From: Bilabrum cf. latius
Taxonomy: Eukaryota
Direction: 5' to 3'
Assembly: GCA_965178125.1 (NCBI GenBank)
Contig: OZ237775.1
Span: forward strand, 555,984-575,983
Length of the DNA: 20,000 nucleotides
In this document: positions 12,601-20,000 of the stretch, one piece after another
How positions within the stretch are numbered: the first letter of the stretch is position 1
Layout of the letters: each line of letters begins with the position of its first letter
Program-made: the position numbers and the translations under genes
The notes under the pieces: model-generated
What the model was told of the DNA's origin: nothing
What the model saw: the letters and a program-made list of their open reading frames with translations, nothing else
The model's database searches: none

Positions 12601-12862
12601 TCAGAATCGGATGCATGGTTCATTTACTTCCATGAGAAGGGCTGACGTCCTGCATGCACTACATTAGCCCAAATACAACACACGCACATGTCGTCTTGAA
12701 ACAGTGCACCTCTTTATATTACAGTGGATATAACTCATGGCGAGAGAGGCTTGTCTGTCTGCAGTGCTGCAATGCAGCTCTTCACTGCTGCACATGCAGC
12801 TCGAGGTTCTGCAAGTTATCTGTTCTGCATAGAAAATCACAGAACATGACACCTCACTGGCC

Positions 12863-15800
12863 TCATGTCCATTTCTCGTCAAACCCCCAGCCTTCTTGCT
12901 CAATTGCTGGGATGTGTACCCACCGTGGAGCGGTGCCAAGAAGAAGGATCTCGATTTCGCCACGTGCCCGTGAAATATCTCGCTGGCCCATACCACGCAA
13001 TCCAGCGCCGGGCACTGATGGCGCCATGTTCTGGTCACCACGAATTCCTCTAGGTCGTGACAGTGCTGAAGTCGGCGGCTGCGTGATGGCGCTGGAGGCT
13101 GCTCCCAGCGGCGGCTGCAACTCGGCAAGGCCGTCACTACCAGCCTTGTCGGTAGGCATCTGCAGCAATCGACCGATTGGATCATCATCGCTGCCAGCCC
13201 CACTGGATGCTGATTCCGAGGCAGGCCTCAATGGTTCCGATGCCCTGCTGCCGATCGCAGTTCGGTTGAATGCGTTGGCCTCCGTTCGTTCTGCGGGACT
13301 CGAGCTCGCATGCTCGCCGGATTGCCGCATGTGCCTTGATCGCTTCTATTGCCCTTCTTCCTCATCGCTCTCATGGCCGGGCCAAATATGTCCCAACGAA
13401 TCTAGGCTATGCTCAAGAGCAGAAGTAGTGGTGGATGCCTGTGACAGGATGCTGTCGCCATCGTCAAGAGGACGAGCACGTGTGTACATCCGAAGAACCT
13501 AGCTGCAGTGTTGCGATTGAGGTATGTGATACGCACGCCAAAGCTCGTGCCTCTGGTCGGCACTCACGCCTGCTTCTCCTGCTTCTGCACGTGCTCGGGC
13601 CACCATGGATCGGACATCTCCCACAGCTTTCAAGCTTTGAGCTAGTGACCTGCGTACCAGCCCCTTGCCTGCTGCCTTGTAGTACGGGGCTTCTGATAGT
13701 GCAGGCACTACTGATGGACTACAGGGCAGGTTAATGCAGAGACCAGCGCCGTAGTAGCCTACATCGATGACACGACGCAGTGACCCATCCTACCTGTTCA
13801 GCGCCCCTCTGAAGACTTGAGGACAATCAAAGCCTGGGTTCATCCACTTGAAATGATCTAGCACGACAGACTCCACGTGCTGGGCAATGGTAACGGCAGG
13901 CTGGGCGGTTCTTGGTGGTGGCGAGACGTCGAGCACTGTCTAAAGTCCAGATCGTGCAATCGACGGCTGGCCTCCCCTTGGTCGCTTCGTTCCAGGCAGA
14001 GGGGGCCGCTGCAACCGATCGGGCAGCAATACTGCAGACCCAATCACACACGCAGGTAAAAGCCACACTGATACCATACGACGAAACTGCTCGTCTGCGA
14101 GGGATGGCTGTCCGTTCTGCCTGGTGCCTACGACAGCACGAAGAATTGAAGCGACGTACGAGGTCCGGACAGATGACTCGGCAGCAAGCTTGCGTTGCAT
14201 GGTCCAGGATAACGATGTTATCAACGCATAGCCTAGCTTGGAGGCCCTAGCAGATGTCGTGGTCGCCAAGTCACCCCTGAGATTCCCAGCGTTCTTAGAG
14301 CCGCGCCACATTGCGCCTGCATCTGGCCTGGGACTGAAGGCAATCTTGGATATGCACATCTGCAAGCCAACTAGTATTGCACTCCTTGAGCACCTGAGCC
14401 GAGATAGGAGCAGCCCGTACAGTGCTACAGCTAGGCTGCCCCTTGCTAGCATTCCTTTCCGTGTGCCACTGCGAAGGTGGAGCTTTGCCAGGTGCATTTG
14501 CGCAAGGTAAAGCTTCCGTAGCTGCTGCTCCATGACTACAGCGTGGGACATGTCTGTAGACTTGGCAAAGTGCAACAATAGCCTGGACCGCTCAGGCAGT
14601 CGAGACAAAATGTCAGCCTGCACGTCAGCCCGTACCATAGCACGAAAGCCGGTGATTCCGTTGTTCACACCGCTGATGCCCAACTGGAAGTGCTCGTCAC
14701 CTTGCGTTGATACGAGTCCAGAAAGACCATACCTCTCGGAGATCCGAGAGATCTGCCATGTCATGCCCAAGCCTTCTGCCAACGCACACAGGCTCCAAGA
14801 CGTTACCATGACCTCACAGACGGCAAGCACAGTCCACGAGTTCAAGAACGTACCGTTGCACCCCCCAGCCCTGACTGACTACACCGCATTTCCGATTTGA
14901 TCAATGATGGCGGATGCAACCGCCATTACATTAGACTGCTCAGGCATACTGCTAGCAGATTGCAAACAGTCACGGACGCTGGACCACTCCAGTGTCGAAG
15001 GCCCTAAGTTTCGAAGAACTGGCCTAGTAGCGGGAAGCCACGTTACGGCAATTTGCTCTGCAACAACCTGAGACCATGCATCTGTCCGTAGAGCCACGCA
15101 GCCTTCCATACAGCATCTGCTCATCGATGCAGCTAGCGCCCACATCGCCGATCGCTGATACGTGGGAATCCTGTCTGCACCACAGACAGCTGCTACGAGC
15201 AGTCTTTCGATTCTGCAAAGTGCCCGACGGAGTGTATACCTGAGCATTTCCAAGTGATTCATGATGGATGTCTTCTTCACGACCTCCACGAAGCATTGCG
15301 AGAATGGAGCCACTGACAAATGCTCGATAGTGTCGGCGCGATGTTCACTCCGTAACTGTCCGTACTGCAGTTCAGCTGGTAGCACTACGGAGGCCAGCAT
15401 CAGACTCATGGTTGACGCGGGTACATCGAACTCGCCCCTGGTCGATCCAAGGATTCCTGCAGTTAGCCTTGCATAGCTTTGAGTGAATGCCGTTTGCAGC
15501 CCAAGGTATATCCGCCGGCGGGTTGGCAGTGCATCCAGAGCTGCCTAGGCTCGAATCATGCTTGCAGTTCTCGAACTCAAAGTCGATGGAGCATGTGCAT
15601 CCGATTCAGCGAAGTGGCGAACCTTAGAGAGAACTCGTCGGCGAAACTGGTCATATGCAGAGTCGTGCGCCCCTGGACTAGGCTGAAATGCTCGGAATGC
15701 TCCAGGCTGGTACAAATGCAGCTGAGATGACAGCATGCAGCCAAGTGACATAAATGAAGGCATGCCGTAGTCGTTGCCAGTGTCATTCTCGGCTAAAACA

Positions 15801-18800
15801 CGTCGGTGCACGGAAAGCACGTCACCCCAGGATAGCGTAGCTGGAAGCATTCCTTGGAAGGTTCCGGCGTACTCTCCAACGGACGCCAGCGCCGCATATG
15901 GACGAATTCGCTCTTGCATCACGGCATACCGTGCGTGTTCGAGCCGTGTTCCGTGTATGACTCCTCGCAGCAACTGATCCCGACAGCTATGCATGTACTG
16001 AACTGTTGCTGGGTTTGGTACAGCAACTGACACTGAGCGTTCACCACACACCTCAAAGCCTACGCCAAAACTGCAGTACATGGCCATATCCGCATCCTGT
16101 TGCGGCCACAGCTGTCCGTACGGATGAATTATGGCTGCGAGATCTCTCATACCTCGGCGTTGATGACGTCCAGTCCAAGCAGGTGCTCGCGCCGCGCCGC
16201 GGTACAGCTGTTCCCGAGCACTGCGTGTCAGTGTTTTCCTGCTCACCTTCCTGTTTGTAGCGCCTGACGCCGATCGCTTGCCATCTCCTGTTGGACCAAA
16301 CCATTCACCTCTGCGGCCTCTGGCAAACTCCTCATCGCTCTCATCCATTGCGATCTCCCGAGCACGTTCTTCTTCTGCCTGCTGGGCAGCCAAGTCTTCA
16401 TGAGCTTTGCGAAGCTGTCCCTGTGCTGCCTGTTGCAAGAGAGACATAGGATTGCATGCTTTGCAGCCCACTCGCTAGGCGTAGAACACGGAGCACCTGG
16501 CTATCTGTCTCATCAGCAGTATCATGAGGAAGCAGTTGTAGTGTGATACTAAGTGCAGATGATCAAGTAAAGAGTCGTGACTCAAAGACCACTCGTAGGA
16601 GCTGCTGTGCTATGCTTCATCATTCTCCACGCCACGTTGCTTAGCGAAGTCGTCGTCCTCATCCACGTCCACGTCGGTGTCGTCTGAATCGCTCTGCGCA
16701 GCAGCACCACCGCTTATTCCCACGCCTTCATTCTGCTGAGCCTCGTCAGAATCAGAGTCAGAGTCACTCAACTAGTCAACGGCTGGGTAGCCAAGCCACC
16801 GTACCCAATGAAATGCGCACGAAAGCAACCGGGATGGGCTTCTGTGCAGGGTGTGAGAGCCAGGCCAGAATCTACTTGTCTGTGGACCAGGTCCACTCCC
16901 AGCGTGTGCGAGCGACGAATGGTATCCACCGGCTTGGCCTCCACCACGTTGGACACGTACCACTAGCTCTGGACCTAGCCAGTCGAGCCTGCTGGCAGCA
17001 GCCGTGAGCCCGCAGCCGAAGACGTACAGCACACAGCTTCGGATCACATCCACATGGGAGCCCTGGGTCCAGAAGCCTTCATGCATACTCATTTCTACAA
17101 CACCCTCAGTATCAAGCGTTTGCTGCAAGGACTGAGACGGAGGTTCGAACGAGTCTATCAGGTCACGGCAAAGATCAAGCAATCCACTAGGTACAAGAAT
17201 AGATACCGTAGCAGCACCAACATCGAAAAGTTGAACGTGGATGTCAGCAGCGAGTCCGCGCAGTATACGAAGCGTTGGCAATTTCGACGATTGATCGTTT
17301 GCGTTTTCTGCTTGCGTGCTGACAGCCCTACTCCACAAGGTTCCAGAATGCGGCACCACTGAAGCCCACCCTTCCCTTGCAGCCTTGTCGACATCACGAT
17401 GGAACTATCGGGTGCACTCCTACTCAATTAGTTTGCTATACTTGGTAACATCAGACAAGGCCCCGGCAGCCAACACCCGGATGCTTGAGCCACCAAGTCC
17501 ATTCGGACACTTCTGCTGCAGATCGGTCACCTTGGATCGTAAGCTATCAATCTGCTCTTGGTCGCAACGACGCTCAGCCCACAGCATCGCAGTTTGCTAG
17601 TCTTTGAAAACGTCATCCCCGTCATCAAGGAATGCTGTCCATGATATGCGCATTGATCCGCCGGCAGGCGGCCGCTGTGCGTGCGGGGCGCGAACTACCA
17701 CGCCAGTTGAGGGTGATTGAGACAAGCTGGTATACGACGGAAGCAGCGAATCTGAGTCATGTACACCTAGAACGCCATCTGTGATCCAGTCCAGCAGTGC
17801 ATGGTCCGATCCATCAAGCCCCAGTGGGCTTGCCAACGTGTGAGGCAGAAAGTGGTTCGAAGTCTCGTCTGCACTGGATCCATTGAGGTCTGCGACAGCT
17901 CCAAGAACAGTGAACCCATCTAAATCAAATGCAGAATCGCTGTGACAAGACAGCGGTACGTTTCTGGAACCTGGTGCAGACTTGAACGCTCTATATATCG
18001 CAGGCTGGTCCGGAATTGTGCTGTCCATTGATCTTCGCGGAGAGGCCGAGCTTGACAGGCCTCGGCTTGCACTCGGAGTGACGGGCTAGCTGGATGTTCG
18101 ACTCTCTTTGACAGCGACTTTCTTCCTTGCTGCGGCACGAGATCCTTGCCTTCGGACGGCGGGCAATGGAGCGAACCCAAGGCACATGCCTGCCAAGAAG
18201 TCCAGGGGGGATGACAGGTGCTGTAGAGGTCCAGACTCCGTTTCTGGTTGGGACATCTGATCGAGCGAGCTGCCAGTGGCCTAGCTGGCACCACGAGAAC
18301 TACTGCTGTGGCTGCTTGCGGCGCCTGACGACTGTCGACGGCGGCTTGGCGAGCTGCCAGTGGCCTAGCTGGCACCACGAGAACTACTGCTGTGGCTGCT
18401 TGCGGCGCCTGACGACTGTCGACGGCGGCTTGGCGAGCTGCCAGTGGCCTAGCTGGCACCACGAGAACTACTGCTGTGGCTGCTTGCGGCGCCTGACGAC
18501 TGTCGACGGCGGCTTGGCGAGCTGCCAGTGGCCTAGCTGGCACCACGAGAACTACTGCTGGGGCTGCTTGCGGCGCCTGACGACTGTCGACGGCGGCTTG
18601 GCGAGCTGCCAGTGGCCTAGCTGGCACCACGAGAACTACTGCTGGGGCTGCTTGCGGCGCCTGACGACTGTCGACGGCGGCTTGGCGAGCTGCCAGTGGC
18701 CTAGCTGGCACCACGAGAACTACTGCTGTGGCTGCTTGCGGCGCCTGACGACTGTCGACGGCGGCTTGGCGAGCTGCCAGTGGCCTAGCTGGCACCACGA

Positions 18801-19541
18801 GAACTACTGCTGGGGCTGCTTGCGCCTCGTGACGATCGTGCACGAGTAGCCGTTTCAGGAAGTTCGAATCCCCGCATCTCACTGTGTGCTCCTGACATCT
18901 CTGCTCGGGCAGCGAGAGCAGCTTGGGCAGGCAGATATCCAGTTGGCGCGTACTAGCAGCAATCAACCAGCGATACGTATGTATGCAGATCTGACTCCTT
19001 AATCAAGTCGTCAATTAATTGTTTGTGAAATATTTCTGCATCAGCGCTGGGTGTATCGTAGACCGTGAGAAGATCGGCCAGCATGCCATTTTCGATGACA
19101 TCGCTTGAGACTCCAAGTTCTCGAAGGCACTCCTAAATCTCTTCGACTTCGATGCCATCCATCTGCGATATAATAAACTGAAGTTCAATATACTGCGGTT
19201 GCTGCTGAGATGTACTCCTATTATCCCAACTGTAGCTCTGGCTTACTTCAGCTGGCGGATTCGGCTGCTGGGGATCGAAAGTGCGGATCATCTCTAATTT
19301 CTCTTCGGATATCTGCGTAACAATGCAACATAAGTATGTATTGAGCTGTCTGCGGCGGATAGCAAATCAATACTGCCCATATACTCCACATAGAACTCAC
19401 TGGAACGTGCTACCAAAACAGAGCTCGACGATTCATTGCTCGCTGCAATCTTTTGAGTACTTTGTGCATAGATTGCATCTAGCGTGTATCATCTAAGACT
19501 TTACATGCATCGTCAATGGAACACAAGGTTTCGTCAGACAT
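12863..19541 (-). CDS. Giant hypothetical protein, ~2,196 aa with TAG=Gln; exons 19541-19401 and 19312-12863
   Basis: ORF-track pieces 17597-18028, 16772-17359, 15545-16471, 14879-15409, 13940-14845, 13499-13708 and 12863-13330 share one frame. Hand translation of every gap found only TAG stops, with no TAA or TGA from 19366 to the TGA at 12863-12865. A phase-0 intron GTGAGT...TTACGCAG (19400-19313) joins a 47-codon exon starting MSDETLCSIDDACK. Confidence 0.88.
18265..18824. repeat. 84-bp coding tandem repeat, 6 full copies plus a partial, inside the giant gene (28-aa unit QATGSSPSRRRQSSGAASS[H/P]SSSSRGAS)
   Basis: Units start at 18265, 18349, 18433, 18517, 18601, 18685 and 18769. The full copies differ at only one T/G site. 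Each unit has one in-frame TAG. Confidence 0.95.
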
Positions 19542-19752
19542 CTTTAGGCCGGTTCTGGCGCAAGCAATACTCAACGGAATATTGTGCGCGTCCCCCTCGT
19601 GGGGGGCGAGTGCCACCAGTGGGGGGTGCGTGCGGCGCCGCGCTCGACGGCGGAACACAGTATCTCAAACTGCAAGTGGTCTCGAACATCAAGATTTTTT
19701 TGTTTGCTTGCTGGCATTTTGTTTCTCTTCTGCCAGGCAGTGTGAAAAATAT
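19542..19752. promoter_or_regulatory. Putative bidirectional promoter between divergent genes
   Basis: 211-bp gap between ATG 19541(-) and ATG 19753(+). It has a GC-rich core with two GTGGGGGG boxes and a CCCCC-TCGT-GGGGG hairpin. Confidence 0.4.
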
Positions 19753-20000
19753 ATGTCAGACCATGCATCACCGTGGGCATTGCTTGGATTGAAGCCTGTA
19801 GACTTCGCAACGGAAAATCTCGCAATCCGCCGAGGCTTGTGTATCGCAGCTTGCGGCATATCGGTTGAAACCGTGCGGTGCATCTTTTAGGATGGTGCCT
19901 ATGTATCTGCGCGATAGCGTACATCACTTCATAGTGTAATGCAGCGTATTTGTGCGACAGATGACGGCAAAGTGCTGCGTGTCGACCCAAGCTTCTTGCT
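19753..20000 (+). CDS. 5' part of a hypothetical protein, open to the window end with TAG=Gln
   Basis: MSDHASPWALLGLKPVDFATENLAIRRGLCIAACGISVETVRCIF[TAG]DGAYVSAR[TAG]RTSLHSVMQRICATDDGKVLRVDPSFL. TAG at 19888 and 19915; A-rich context before the ATG. Confidence 0.5.

Larger units (their letters stand above)
11017..20000. mobile_element. Putative large element (transposon- or virus-like) inserted into or appended to the telomeric array; other end not in window
   Basis: Abrupt TTA|CAGTACC junction, 19-bp subterminal tandem repeat, and orphan genes unlike the conserved housekeeping genes left of the array. No transposase, RT or integrase motif recognised in the window, so the call is inference. 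Confidence 0.4.

Noticed and set aside
18127-18849. Cys/His-rich 240-aa plus-strand ORF (and the 348-aa minus ORF 17920-18966) as metal-binding repeat proteins
   Set aside because: Both are largely confined to the 84-bp repeat and overlap the 6.5-kb open frame, which explains the region better.
12863-19541. Giant ORF as the pol gene of a telomeric non-LTR or Penelope-like retrotransposon
   Set aside because: I could not find RT (YADD-like), APE or RLE endonuclease motifs, there is no poly(A) at the junction, and the gene has an intron. Remote homology is not excluded.

Overview
Eukaryotic nuclear DNA (GC-rich, GT-AG introns, probably a protist) that only makes sense under a non-standard genetic code with UAG = Gln. 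By hand count, five genes contain about 39 in-frame TAG codons and no in-frame TAA, and all four complete gene models end in TGA. Positions 1-8.2 kb hold four compact host genes: NSF/Sec18 AAA ATPase, a Ubc4/UBE2D-type E2, a Zn2Cys6 transcription factor and a PP2A B'/B56 subunit. These are followed by a nested subtelomeric satellite and about 1.6 kb of (TTAGGG)n that looks like a genuine right chromosome end. The sequence continues past the array from a sharp TTA|CAGTA junction. The distal 9 kb carries subterminal direct repeats, a head-to-head telomeric palindrome, a hidden ~2,200-aa orphan gene visible only with TAG=Gln, and the start of a divergent gene. This may be a large telomere-inserted element adapted to the host code; fusion or mis-assembly is not excluded.
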